Numbered from the stretch's first letter, positions 13,616 through 26,485 are shown. The stretch: 64,000 bases of DNA from Lama guanicoe (GCA_013239625.1 MU054323.1:10323186-10387185), one strand, 5' to 3'. Notes: a model not told the origin generated them from the letters alone. Program-made: numbers and translations.

Positions 13616-14699
13616 TCTTCATGGGGATGGTTTCCAAAATCAACAGCAGCCAGTGTGGTAGTGAAAACAGCAAAAATGCCAGAGAGAAAGGGGCACACAA
13701 AAAAGGAAAATGATTATTTGCTGAAAGTACTGTCAAGATCAGAGTGGCAAAAAGATCGGAATAACCCTCCTTTTAATTGAATTTCTATCAACTGATTTCT
13801 GTAGCAAAGAGTTCAGTGCAGGCGTTCTCCAGGGTGGAGCTGTCATTATGAGAACTGGTCAGATCAGCTTTAAAGAATGGCTGAAAAGGCTTCTGGGCCC
13901 CAGGTGCCTGCCCTCCTTATGGGAATCAGGCTGCCTTCAAGCTTGGAGTTGGCCTTGAAAATCCATTAAGGACAAGCCCCAAAATGGTGGGAAAGTGCCC
14001 TGAGCCCACAGTGATGGGCTGGATCCCACATGGCTCAAAGTCTAATCATGGCTGTCTTCCTGACATGCTGTGTGACCCTGAACAAATCAATTACCTTCTC
14101 TGTGCTTTCATTTTCCCAATTGTAAATCAGGGCATAGACTGCCTGACCTGTGTCCCAGCTAGGAAGTGGGTATCAAAAACTTTAAAAAGGGTGAAGCAAA
14201 ATTACACAGCTCAGAGGCACAGCTGGAAATACTGCAGAGACAAATAACTACAGAGACACACACAGGCTTCTGCCTGGGGCACATGGGCAGGCCTGGCTTC
14301 TTCATGGCCCATGTGTACAGTGAGAGCTCCGTGAGAAAGCCAGGAGCATTCAATAAGCAAAGGGCTTACCTGCAAATCTTTACTGAGTTTTATCTAAACC
14401 ACCACAATTCCATCATTTGGAACACTTCACTGCAAAGTTTTGTACAAAAAGGAAGTTTTTCTAATTGAAAAATGGATTTCTTTATTGCTTCATTTAAAAG
14501 GAAATATGTAAAACCTTTCTCCCCTCAAGGGAAAAATCTGTCCTCCAAATGGCCTGGAGGACACTGTTAACTTTTTAAAGCAATTTGGCAGGTCACAGCG
14601 TCTTGGGGCCAGCGTATGTGAGGGGAGGGGCATTTGCTCCAGTGTCTGGGCCGCACAGCATCCCAGGCTGCTGCATCCTTTCGCAGCTGCGACTGCATT

Positions 14700-14830
14700 G
14701 TTTCCCTCCCACTCCTGTGTTGGATTTTCAGCACTTCGAGGACAGGTGCTGTGTTACTCATCTCTGCTCCAGGATCTAGTGCACTTTCTAGCTCACATGA
14801 CATGTGTTCTGTAAGTGTTTGGGAAAGATG
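14700..14830 (+). mobile_element. L2 3' end fragment
   Basis: Degenerate match to the L2 terminus (gaggacaggtgctgtgttactcatctctgctccaggatctagtgcac). Confidence 0.55.
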
Positions 14831-15134
14831 TAAAAACCTCTGGAGTGTTTACTCCTAGCTAGGCAGTTGCTGAGGACACTGTCTTCAAGTGGTGTGAGCA
14901 CTGAGCTGGGAGCCTAACTCTGCCCCTAGCTACTAGAGAGACCTCAGCAATGCTTTCCTCTAGGGAGCCCAGGTCTCCCGAATCATTTATCCATATTAAT
15001 CAACAAAAAGTCGGTGAGCACCTATGCTGCACCAGGAATCATCCAAGATCTTGGTGTGGGGAAGAATACCAGACCCAACCTGCCCGCAGTGAGGGAGAGA
15101 GACAGGGAGGCCACCTCCATGAGAGGCAATGGAT

Positions 15135-15877
15135 GCATGCCCACTAGGACTGCTAACATAAAAAGACAGGTAATAGTAAGTGCTGAGGAGGATGTGGAGA
15201 ACTGGAACCCTTACACATTACTGGTGGGAATAGAAGATGGTGTAGCCATTTTGGAAAACAGATTGAATGTCCCTCACAATGTTAAATATAAAGTTACCAT
15301 ACGAACCAGCAATTCTACTCCTAGGTAGCAAATTTCATTTCCAAGAGAAATGAAAATATCTGTCCACACAAAAACTTGTACATGAATGGCTACAGCAGCA
15401 TTCTTCATAATAGACAAAAAGTGGAATCAACTCAAATGCCCAGCAATTAATGAATGGATAAGCAAAATGTGGTATCTCCATGCAGTAAAATATTATTTGG
15501 CAATAAAAAGGAATGCAGTACTGATATATGCTACAACATGGATGGACCCTGAAAACATTATGCTAAGTGAAAGAAGCTAATCACAAAAGACCACATAGTA
15601 TATGATTCCATTTATATGAAGTGCCCAGAATAAGCACATCTATAGAAACAGGAAGTAGACTAGTGGTTACTTGGGGCTAGTAGTGGTGAGGGGGAGGTGG
15701 AGAGGAGCGGTTGGAGACTGCTAGGTGTTTCTATCTGGAGTGATAAAAATGTTCTAAAATTAGATCATGGTGACAGTTGCACAACCCTGTGACTCTACTA
15801 AATACACTAAATCATACACTTTAAATGAGTGAATTGCATGGTGTATACATTATATCTCTAAAAAGCTGTTAAAAATA
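15135..15877 (+). mobile_element. L1MB-type LINE-1 3' fragment nested in a minus-strand L2
   Basis: ORFs 15014-15328 and 15386-15580 give degenerate ORF2 C-terminus (EDVENWNPYTLLVG, KKWNQLKCPAINEWISKMWYLH), followed by an L1MB-like 3'UTR. L2-like sequence lies at about 14980-15110 and 15880-16290. Confidence 0.92.
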
Positions 15878-16500
15878 ATGAATGTCATGGCAGATGGAAT
15901 AGATGCACCATTTGAAGGGGTCCAGAGGAAGAAGAACCAAGTGTACTTGTGGGAAATGGTCAGAAGAGGCTTCCCAGAAGAATTGACTCTTGAGCTGAGT
16001 TTTAAAGGAGCAGGTATGACTCAAGGAGGAAAAGGGTATTCTGGGCAAAGGATAAGCTGATCAAAGCCAGAGAGGTGGGAGGGAGCTGAGAAGTGGTTTG
16101 AGATGGCTGGAGCTAGGGCACATAGAAGGAGGGGCGGATGAAAGAGAAAGAGGCAGGTCGCGGATGAAAGAAAGGCCTAAAAAGTGAGAGTGGTCCGGGC
16201 GTAGAGTTGGGGCGTTCTCATGTCATGTGAGAGTTGGGCTTTAGCCTGCATGTTCTCTCTATGCATGAGGACACTGAGAGCATGACTTACATGATCTTGC
16301 TTGGTTCTTAATTTATACGTTGTTTCTAGACTGCAGGTCTTAGCTCTGTCTTTTGAAGACTATGTAGCTTTTAAAAGTTGCCACTGAGAGGACACAAGTG
16401 GCACTGGACTTATGGGGGTTATTCAAGCTCATGTGCCTTGGGTGGGCTGTGGGGGACAGGAGGGGCATATGAGCATGCAGGGGCGGGGCAGCCCCATCTA

Positions 16501-16668
<168 letters not shown>

Positions 16669-17944
16669 TCAGCTTGGGTGTCCCAGTGGGAAGGCTGCAA
16701 GGAAAGGATCTCCCCATCCCCCGCCATTCACATTCCAAGGTTTGAGACATCACCAGTGATTTTAATCTGGCCCCAAACAGGGTCAACACCAGGAGGCTGA
16801 GAGGAAGTCAAAGCCCTAACCCTCCAGCCCACTGGCCACGATGGGGGTAGTAGAGTGGTCTGAGGTTTGAGCCACTTTGGGGTCCCAACCGTAGCTTTAG
16901 TGTGCCAGGTGAGCAGCATACAGGTGGGGTCTCATCTGCACACAGACAGCTCTCCCCTTAATGTCAAATTTGGGGTACCAACAGGCATATCTGGCCCAGC
17001 ATGTTGTCCCCACGTTCTTGACCCCAGATCTCACCAATGGAGTAACTAAAACACACAACACTTTCTGTTGTGGGCTGAAAGAACACCATGAGAGCCAGGC
17101 CCTGGGCCCTGGACCGGTTCCTCCACGACTGTCTGTGTGACGCTGACCCTGTCCCTTCTCCTTCTGGCTCCTGTCTCCCCATATATAAAAGGAGGGGTTT
17201 TGATGGTATTTCCAAGGTCTTGTCCAGTTCTGAAATAATCCAGTGGAGAAAGGGAGAGGTGACAGTTTAAAACAAACATGCTAGCAGATATTTCTTTTCG
17301 TATCAAGAGCAATGAGTTATGATAATTAATCAACCTGTGACCTCAGAGAGCCAGGCTTCAGCTGGCCTGGCCTAGCCTGCCAGTGAATGGGTGACTTGCC
17401 TGGGGTCTACCTAGCAAGGGCCTGGTTGCTATTTCTGACTGTGCCTGCTGCCACCCAACCTTGGTGTGGGATGGTGGGGGGCCTCTGGTCCCTGTGGAGA
17501 TGAGCAGGCAGGGCCCACTTGGGTTGACACCCAAGTCTACTTGCCTTGTACTTTGTCCTCTTTCCTAGCTCTGTCCTCATTGTAGCTGGTGCCTCAACAG
17601 TCTCTCCACCCCCATCCTACCCACCTCAAAGCTCAGCTGGGTGGTAGAGAGGATTAACCAGGACCCTTACTTGGCCGAGTCCCACAGTTTCTCTGGGCCT
17701 CACATAGGGGGTGGGATTCTCCAACTCTGGCTGTAAAATTAGATTCCCCTTTATTAAGTTTTATTTTAATAAAACCTCCCAGCTGATTGTGATGTGAGTC
17801 TCTCCAGGTTAGATGATCTTTAACATCTAAAATTTCATTATTTTCTGGTTCCAAACAGCACTGAAACTAACATCAAGTCCAGCCTGTTTACTTCTAGAAT
17901 CCTTCTGTGCACCTCAGCACATCCGGCTCTGTAAAGAAGCTAGG

Positions 17945-18075
17945 CAAGTCTTAACGATGCCCATTTCCTAAGTGGGGAAATGGAGTCAGAGAGGCTAAGT
18001 GTCTTGCCTAAGGTCACATAGCTGATAAATGGGATTCAGACCAAGACTGTCAGACTGTAAAGCTTCCCTCTCCAT
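17945..18075 (-). mobile_element. MIR SINE fragment
   Basis: 'cagagaggctaagtgtcttgcctaaggtcacatagc'. Confidence 0.82.
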
Positions 18076-18524
18076 CTCATTAAAGGGGAGTGCTAGAGGT
18101 GGCCTTGGGCCCTCGTCCCAGGATTGTCCAGACAAGGCTCAACTTGTCAGCTGACGGCAGATGGCCACCCAGCGTTGCAGGATCGGCCTCCCGCCTGGCT
18201 GGGCGTTCTCGGTGACTCCTGGGCATGGGAATCACAGGGCCTGCTTCCTTCAGACAATCATGTCGAAACTCTTTCACCTGCTCTGAAAGGTCCTCGTGAT
18301 CTGGGCCCAAATTTCCTTTCCGGTCTCACCACTCTCTGTTTCTCCCCATGAACTCTGTGCTCCAGACCCATCTGGCATTGGTTCTATGCAACCTGGTGCT
18401 AGAACATGTGTGTATGTTCCCATCTTCTTCACCAAGTTGCTTGAGCCTCCTGGTGTTCCCAGCACTACTTAGTACCTGGTCCCCAGGAGGGTTCACGAAA
18501 AGCCTGTGCAGTAGGTGACCTGTC

Positions 18525-18745
18525 TATGGCTGGTTGAATAATGGACCCCTCCAAGACCCATATCCTAATCCCCCAAACCTGTGGTGTAAGAGACTTTGCT
18601 GGGGTGATTAAGTTAAGGATCTTTAGATGGGAGGTTATCCTGATTATCTTGGTGGGCCCAATGTAATCAGAAGGGTTCCCCCAAAAGGACAGCAAGAAAG
18701 TCAGAGTGAGACGCAGATGTGATGACAGCAGCGAGAGTCATGCTG
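18525..18745 (+). mobile_element. MLT1D-like LTR, 5' part only
   Basis: 'gaataatggacccc...atcctaatccccc...gtgattaagttaaggatctttagatgggaggttatcctgattatcttggtgggcccaatgtaatc'. Confidence 0.88.
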
Positions 18746-18778
18746 ACTCTGACTTTTAGGGAACTGCCTACTTCCTTT
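18746..18778 (+). repeat. 33-bp exact dispersed direct repeat, copy 1
   Basis: ACTCTGACTTTTAGGGAACTGCCTACTTCCTTT, identical to 19796-19828. Confidence 0.95.
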
Positions 18779-19149
18779 GTAATGTGAGGAAGAGGTTAGA
18801 GGTGTTTAGGATAGTAAGAAAAATTCTCTTTCACATTTGCTTGATTTCCGGTTTCCAAAGCATTTTTTCTTCTGCCTTATATATGATCATGAAATACAGT
18901 TAGGATCTTATTGCCCTCGCTCCCAGCCCTACTGAAGAAAACACGCACAAAATAAAACACCTGTAAAGTCCGCTCCGCCTATGGAACAAATGCAAGCTGT
19001 GTTCTGTTTTACTCACACCTTATGATTTGGCCTTGTTTCTCATCGTGGGTTTTCATGAACACGTGCATGTTTCACACGCCAATTACTTGTCATTCCCCAA
19101 ACAGCTTTTACTTTCATAGCTTCTTTTACTTTCATTCATTTGAAAAACA

Positions 19150-20055
19150 TATGCCTATTGTCTAGAGTTCAAAACCAGGATAAAAATAAACAAAACAATG
19201 CCCAGAATCCTACCACCCAGAGGCCATTGTTTTTAACATCTCAGTAGATTTCTCTTTAGTTATTTTGGTCTATGCTTCAAACGTGTGTATAGTTGTGTTA
19301 CATGTGTATATTATAGCTTAAATCAATTAAGGTTATATCACAAGCTTTTCCAAGGGTTTAGAAATTCCCCATAAGAATACCTTTCAATGTCTACAACACT
19401 GCGTGATAGGTACCATCATTTATTTCAACATCATTCAATGATCGGATTGTTAGACTGTTTATAATAACACTTTGAAGACTATCTTTGAGCATAAACCTTT
19501 GCCCGCCTTTCAGACTATTTTCATAGGATCGATTCCCAAAAGTGGGATTACTGAATCAAAGGGCATAAACACTTTGAAGGCCCTCGATACATATTGCCAA
19601 ATTGCCTTCCAGAAGTTAATCCAATTTACACTCTCACTAGCTATGGTCATACGTGCACACTCCTCTCACTACGTCCTGGCCAACCCTGAATATTCTTATG
19701 ATTTTTAACTAGCAGTGTCTCCCTGCTGTTTTATTTGTGTTTCTTTGATAGTTGCAAGGGTGTATATTTTTCCCGTGTGCTTCTAGCTTGATTTCACTCT
19801 GACTTTTAGGGAACTGCCTACTTCCTTTTGCCAGTGCGTCCATTAGGTTCTTCATGTCCTCCCACTGAATTGTATGAGGTTACTAATAAGAATGTGAAAC
19901 TATTTACTACATGCTTGACATTTTCCCCAGTATTTTATGTGTATTTCCATTCTGTTTACAACGCTTCTTGATATCTCGGAGTTTAAAATTTGCACGTAAT
20001 CCAAACCTATCCATATTTCCCTTGGTGATTTCCTTTTTCTCCTGTGCTTTGGAGA
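19150..20055 (-). mobile_element. Ancient L1ME-type LINE-1 fragment
   Basis: 'gattcccaaaagtgggattactgaatcaaaggg...gatacatattgccaaattgccttccagaa' is antisense L1 ORF2 3' sequence. Confidence 0.85.
19796..19828 (+). repeat. 33-bp exact dispersed direct repeat, copy 2
   Basis: Identical to 18746-18778. Confidence 0.95.
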
Positions 20056-21759
20056 GCCTGTTCCACGTGGGTCGGTAGGTACTGTGTGGGTCGCCCTTCG
20101 TAGCCTCCGGGCTGCTATCTCACTGCTGAGGTTGCCGGCTCGTTAGGGAACACCTTCCACCACCAACTCCTTTCAGCATGGGGATGCAGGTCTCACCCCC
20201 TCATCTGCGGCGTTTTCATGGATTCTCCCATTCCTTCCCCCTCCATGAACTGTCCTTTCACTTGGGCTTCTACAGCTCATTACTTCTTCCTTTTGCATTT
20301 AACATGGTGGGCATTCAGCTGTTACGTTGTAACTAGCTGTTTGTATGCTTGCCTTCCTTCTCAAACCATAAGGGACTTGAAGGGAGGGGTCAAGGCTCCT
20401 CATCTTCATGAGTCTACGATCCCCCACCTCAGCGTTTGGGACCTGCACTGCACTGAGGGTATCTGTGGAAGCTATCGTTATAGCTGAGAATACAAAGGTT
20501 CAGAGTGGTTACCTGGGCTGCTGAGAGACTGGTGGAAATTCCACATGTTCACATCTTGTTCTCTATCCTTTGTACTGTGTCTGTCTGTGGGGTAAACCCC
20601 CTCCCCCCTGCCAGTGATGGGTGTCCTCAGGAATAGTGATAAAGGGTACGAAGGGGCAGGGGGTCAGTACCCCTGCTCTTCACTCACAAATCTGGACAAA
20701 GGAGGGGTCCAGTCGTGGGAGGGGAGTGCTGCTTTCACCCTCTGGATGCCCCAGCTTGATCCCCAAGACCTCTCTGCTGCACAGCCACAGCCCAGAGAAA
20801 CCATCTCCTTCTACCAACTCCTCCCGATCTCCTTTCCCCGGCTGGAGACGTCCAGGCTCCTGGCACAGCCTCCTCCACACCACGGGAAACTTTATGCTTG
20901 CGAGAGATTCAGCTAGATAGATGCCTGGTACTCTGATCTCTACTGCCAGCCCAAACTCAAAACTAATGAGGCGCAACAAAAAACAACCGCTCTGTCTTCT
21001 CAAGTTCTTTTTTTTTTATGGGGCCCATAAATTCCAGGGAGGAAAACACCCTTGGTGCATGGTTTTAATCAAGGGCCTGAGTTTCCTAAAGAGCATCCTT
21101 TCTGTGGTTGTGAAATGATTGTTCTGGCTTGTGGAGTAGGGTAGCCTGAGCCCTGGATGGTCATAGCCTGCTCCACTGCAGCGAGGAAGGGGAGGAGCTC
21201 GGACATGAAGAGCCACTTCCTGCTGGCACTTCCTGATGTCTTCTGGTCATGAGTGCCCATGACTCCTGGAAACCGCTGGCACACCAAATGCCCTAACCAC
21301 AGAAGGATTAGGGAGAGCTAAAATCAAGCCACTCTGGGGAGAGCTGGTGCTTGGGGATCTTTTGTTTTTAAGTGTCTTCTCTATAGAACTTTATTTATTA
21401 CCTTTGAAAAGGCAGTTCTTCCCAGAGTAATAATGTAAGTCACTGGGGGTAGTAAAGTGTCATCATTCCTCATCTTTGTATAGCATTTTAACAGTTCACA
21501 ATGTGCTTTCTTAATCCTTCCCTGTTTGAACCTTATAAAAAATTGGCAGAAGTTATTATTATTCTTATTTGATTAATCATTAAGGCTGAGAATTAAAGAG
21601 ATTAAATAATGTAGAGAGAAATGCTTTCAAAAACAGTAAGGCACTACAAAATGCAACCAGTTACTTGCTAGGTGCTTGGCCTGAGGTCTCACGGCTAGTA
21701 AACCACAGGAAAACTCCCAGGTGGAGTTCCTCTCCCATGACTTAGATTAGCTAGCCCGC

Positions 21760-21925
21760 CGGAGCACACCCTGACTGCCCCTGGAGTCATCTGGGAAGTT
21801 AGAAATATTGCTGATGTTCAGTCCCCAACTGGACCAATGAAACCTGTATGGAGGACAGGCCCTCGGCACTGGTAGTTTTAAAAGCTCCCCGGGTGATTCT
21901 CACAAGCATGTGGTTGAGAACCACT
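21760..21925. mobile_element. MER5A-like relic
   Basis: 'gttttaaaagctccccgggtgattctcacaagcatgtggttgagaaccact'. Confidence 0.75.
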
Positions 21926-23179
21926 TCCTTGGAGGCCTGGAGGATCTGCTTCTGAGCACCTATGTGTCTTTGGTGAGCCTCTTACCTCCATAGTTTCCCA
22001 CTTCCCCCTGGTACAATGAGGGGGTAGCCTCAAGTCCAATCTCCAAACCCCTTCCATCTTTGACATCCTGATTCTGGAGTTCTGAGCAGTGGTTGTTGCT
22101 GGGTATCTGTTTGCAGGGTTGATTTGCTACAGTTCGTACCATCTTTATTAATGCTGATCATTTAATGACTCCCCTGGAACCTGCTGCCAAGTCACTCACC
22201 CGGCAAGCTTCCCTTGGTTGCCTCAATGTTGGCTTTTCCCACCTCAGTCATCTGTCATTTGCATCCTGGAACATCTCTCTGGAAACAGCATACCACATTT
22301 GTTTGTCCATTTATCTCCTCTCTGGATGTGGTAGAAATCAGTTCAGATTGGCACCCAAGACATGTATGGCCTGAGTCAGGTTATATGAACCGCTGTTGGA
22401 CACCATGGGTGACTTACTGGGTTCACTCACTGGGAATGATTCCGTCTCCCTAATTGTGTATTCCAAACAGAAACCCACACCCTCTCCTTCAATCGTGTCT
22501 TAGAGATTTGATGCTACAAAATCTACACAGCTCTCCTAACTCAAATTTCTTTTTTAAACGAATGTCAAATTTTAGGGCACTTAATTAATTTTTAATTAAG
22601 GTGATTCATGTGGCATTAAAAAAAGGCACATTTGTATCAGCTTTCAGGCCACCTCCCACATGCTTGCTCTTGCCTAACTGATGACACTCGTAAAGGTGGA
22701 AAAATGGAGTGCTGCATCAGTGAGAAGGGGGTCTTGTTCTTAAATTAAAGAGAAGAGGAGATGACAGGTGGGGCGGGCTGGCTTCTAGAGCGTGGGGAGG
22801 TCAGGAGTGGGGCTGGAGCCCAGAGGCTGGGCCAGGCTCCCACTTGCCAGTGGAAACTTACTGTTTCCTGGGACGAGGAGAATCAGGTGCTCAAGGGTAA
22901 ACAAGCCTAGAGACATGAAGATGAATGGTGACACGATGAGGACGCAGTCAAACAGCACGCACAGGCTAACAGCCGCCGCCGCTGCTGTGCTGACGTTAAT
23001 GGGGGTGTTGGAAGGCCTGAGAACTGTGTAAATTAAGCCTGGCAGAGACCAGTCCTGCTGAGGGCTTTGGGCCTCATAAATTGTAGTGTGGACAACCTCA
23101 TTAAACAACTGGCATCTTGGATTCCTACTCAAAATGTAATTCAGTGAGGAGAGAGCCTAGCTACGGAGGGCCCAGCGGA

Positions 23180-23895
23180 CTGGGTGAGAAAGCGCTGTGT
23201 GTTGGGAGTCAGGAGAACTGGTTGAGGCCTGGCCTTGCCACTAGGCCTGTGGGGCCATGAGCAAGTCACTCCTCTGGGCCTCAGTTTCCTGGTTTGCAGA
23301 CTCTCCACAGCCAGCCACTCACATTAACCACAGGGTTAGGCTGTCGCCTTGATGGTGTGTCCACAGACCCTCTACATCGAAGCCACACGGGAGCTTGGGA
23401 GTCAGGCTGCTTCCGGGGCCCCCTGAAGACCTACAGAATCAGAATCTCTGGGGGTGGGACTCTGGGTCCAGTATGCTCCACAAGCTCCCTTGGTGACAAC
23501 TGGCTGCACCGAAATCTGGGAATCTCTAGTGTGAGGGAAATTCATGGGTCTTCAATTCCTTCTCCCCTTGGAAGAATCCCAAGCCTTCCAGCACCACCCA
23601 CTGCCCTCCTGGTGACTATCCCTTCCTTAGTCCAGGATTCTCAGAGTTCCCCTCCTGCCTCGATTCCATTCCTCTTACTACTCCAGCAGGCCCAAGGCAC
23701 CACTCTGTTCGGTTTGTGTTGAGAGACCCTCACTAAGGTGCAGGGTAAATAATCCTAGGTTCCAGTCTGCTCTTCTACTTGCTGGCGATGTGAACTCTGA
23801 CACAGTTCACAGGCTTTTCTCTTCTGTAAATCAGGGATGCTATCTAATTTACAGGATTTTTGTGAGGATCAAATGACATTTTCTACATAAAACTA
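23180..23895. mobile_element. Cluster of MIR (+, about 23180-23300), MER5A-like (about 23380-23530) and MIR (+, about 23745-23895)
   Basis: MIR cores 'ctctgggcctcagtttcct' and 'ttctgtaaatcaggga', and MER5-like 'agaatcagaatctctgggggtggg'. Confidence 0.7.
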
Positions 23896-24389
23896 TATGT
23901 GGGGTTCTTCTGAGCTAACTTCAGAGAATATTCCAAGGAGTTTGGGAGAATTGGCTGTGGAGGGTGGGTGGGAAGCGGTCAATGGCGGGGTTGGACAGGC
24001 CAAATTTAGGGGAGCCCTCACATCTCGTAGTAGAGGTGAAAATCGACAGGGCCAGACCTTTCAGCAAAACAGTCGCAGGAACAAACCCAATAGTAATTTA
24101 CAACACAAATAATAGCTGTGAGGGTAATTGCAATGATGAATTATCAAGATTATTTGTCTGTGAAGTCACCCCACCACCAGAATTAGCCTTCTGACCTCAG
24201 CTCCCTTTGGGTCCTAATCCTAAACCTTTGCTAGTTTCCATAGCATGTCCAAATTTGCACGCCTGGCACTGCCCACTTTCCCAGCATCCCTGTGTTCCTG
24301 TGCATCTTTAGCTAAAGACCATGACTTGCAGTTTCTTGACTGCAGTCACAGCTACGCCTTTGTGTAACTCGACTGCGTTGTCTAGAATC

Positions 24390-24670
24390 ATCTTCTTCAT
24401 CTGAGCAATTCCTCCCAACTCAGATGTCTCTTTCCCCGAGTGCTTGTTCTTCTTTCTTGACGAAAGATGTGTGCCTCCCTCTGGGGTGCTCTGGAGATCA
24501 CTGTACACCTTTAACTGTGTACTCATCTCCCTCATCGGGCAATTATGTCTGCACTGCTGGCTTCTCCCACTAAATTTTAAATTCTTTGAGGCAGGGGGTC
24601 TGCTTTACTTATTTTATTTCCTGGAGAGTGCCTGGTACATAGCAAGTGCTAATGAATGGATGTTGAAGGA
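24390..24670 (+). mobile_element. L2 3' end
   Basis: 'tttgaggcagggggtctg...gagtgcctggtacatagcaagtgctaatgaatggatgttgaa'. Confidence 0.82.
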
Positions 24671-24804
24671 GTGCGAAAATAGATCACCAAGTTTAAGTAA
24701 AAGAATGGGGTGAGGAAGAATGTCTATGGATTCTGGAAACTGCTAATTACTTTAGGTTACACTGTAGAAATTCCACACACAACACATCACCACCACCCTG
24801 ACAA

Positions 24805-25470
24805 ATCCCATTCAATCTTTGGACTATTGAACAACTATGTTTAAAGCTTCTACTAAGAGCCTGGGGTTAGAGTGGTGAACAGAGGGTAACACAGGTGACC
24901 TAATTTGATAGGTGGCCACATGAGCCTCTCCAGAGAGGCGATATTTGAGCTGATACTGAAGAATAAGAGAAGTCAGCCATGTGAAAAGGCTGCGGAGGAG
25001 CAGGAACTGCATTGCCGGGGTGGGAAAGGATGCTAATGATCTAGAAACAGAGCAAAGACCAGTGTGGCTCAGGAGGGTCACAGAGGGTCAGGAGGGGCAT
25101 GAAGAGTGGCTGGGGAGGGAGAGAGGCAGAGGCCCAATCAGGCAGGATCTTGTAGGCTGTGGGAAGGGATGTAGATTTTGTTTAAGGAGTTTAGACAAGA
25201 GACTGAAGATAACTTGATTCACTTTTAAAAAGATCATTCTAAGTGATTTAGGAAAAATGGACTAGAGGGGCGATAGAAGTGGGAAACCCAGTTTGTAGGT
25301 CATTGCAAGCGGCCCAGCAAGTGATGAAGGCAACCTGCCTGAGCCTAGTGACAGTGGAGTCGGAGGGAGGTGAGTGATATGAGTTTCATGTTGGAAGTGA
25401 CCTTGACAGGACAAGCTGATGGCCTAAAGTGAAGCTGAGAGAGAGGGGACATCCAGGATGGTGCTAGGAT
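24805..25470 (-). mobile_element. L2 fragment
   Basis: 'gatatttgagctgatactgaagaataagagaagtcagccatgtgaa' and 'ttcacttttaaaagatcattct'. Confidence 0.85.
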
Positions 25471-25509
25471 GAAACTATGGCTGCCAGCTGACATGGCAGA
25501 GCCACTGAG

Positions 25510-25970
25510 GGCTTGTTTCAAAATCCCAGCTCCTCAGACAAAGTTAATCTCCATATAAACTCAAGAAGAACCACAAGGACTCTCGTAGGCCATCAGCAGG
25601 ATAGCAGTGAGTTTTGCATTTTCGCGGTTGAGCTCTCAGAAGAAATTAAAAAATTTCTTATCTCTTTTGTAGACTCAATACCCCTTGATTTTGTTGCATC
25701 GTCTTTTCCCCAAGGTTTCTCTATGCGACATTTATCTTCATTGCTTTGCTGAAAAGACACAGCAATAATTTTATTTTTAATGTTATAAATGACCTCTGTG
25801 CACATTTACCATTAATCTTCCTGAAAAGCAGTGACATTTAACCATAATGCACCACAACTTCCCATATACTATGTCATTTTCTCCTCTTGTTTGTTCAGTA
25901 AACAATGAACAATCTCAATCACACCTTGGAGAATTAATGCTAATCACAAACAAATTACAGCTACAACTGA
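25510..25970. promoter_or_regulatory. Candidate conserved non-coding element / enhancer
   Basis: AT-rich unique block with clustered FOX-, SOX- and homeodomain-type motifs. Confidence 0.4.
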
Positions 25971-26269
25971 GACCACTGGAGGAATATGCAGATTGTGCAG
26001 TGGAGAAGGCTGCTTGGAAAGGAGAGCAAACGCGAGTAGGAATCACTCAGACCGCAGGAGTAGAGACAGAAGAGCTCATTATGGGGAGTGGCCTCACAAG
26101 GCACCTCCACCGAAGGGAGTTAGGTAGATTCAGCTTCCTGAAGACAGATGGGAGGTCATCTTGCCTGCATTCCCTCCATGGAAGCCATGGTGGAAGGGAT
26201 GGCTGCTTGAGGAAGTGTTAAGACAGCCATTGGGAGCTGATGCACACATCAACCACGATAAGAATAACT

Positions 26270-26485
26270 ACCGCCCTCCCCGCTTATCGTCTTCTAGGGA
26301 CCATATTAAAGGCTTTATATTCATTATTTTATTTAGACCTTACTGCAACTCTGTGAAGTAGTTATTATCCCCATTTTACTGAGAAGGAAACTGGGACCCA
26401 AGGATTTATAAATACATTCCCAAGGTTATAAAGGCAGGATTTTACATCTACCTGATTCTGAAGCCCATGCTCTTAATCAACATGC
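26270..26485 (-). mobile_element. MIR SINE
   Basis: 'ttattatccccattttactgagaaggaaactggg'. Confidence 0.82.

Noticed and set aside
14727..14750. REST/NRSE-like half-sites (TTCAGCAC...GGACAG)
   Set aside because: The spacing is non-canonical and the match lies inside an L2 relic.
17178..17197. TATA-like CATATATAAAAGG
   Set aside because: There is no CpG island, downstream exon or other promoter evidence.
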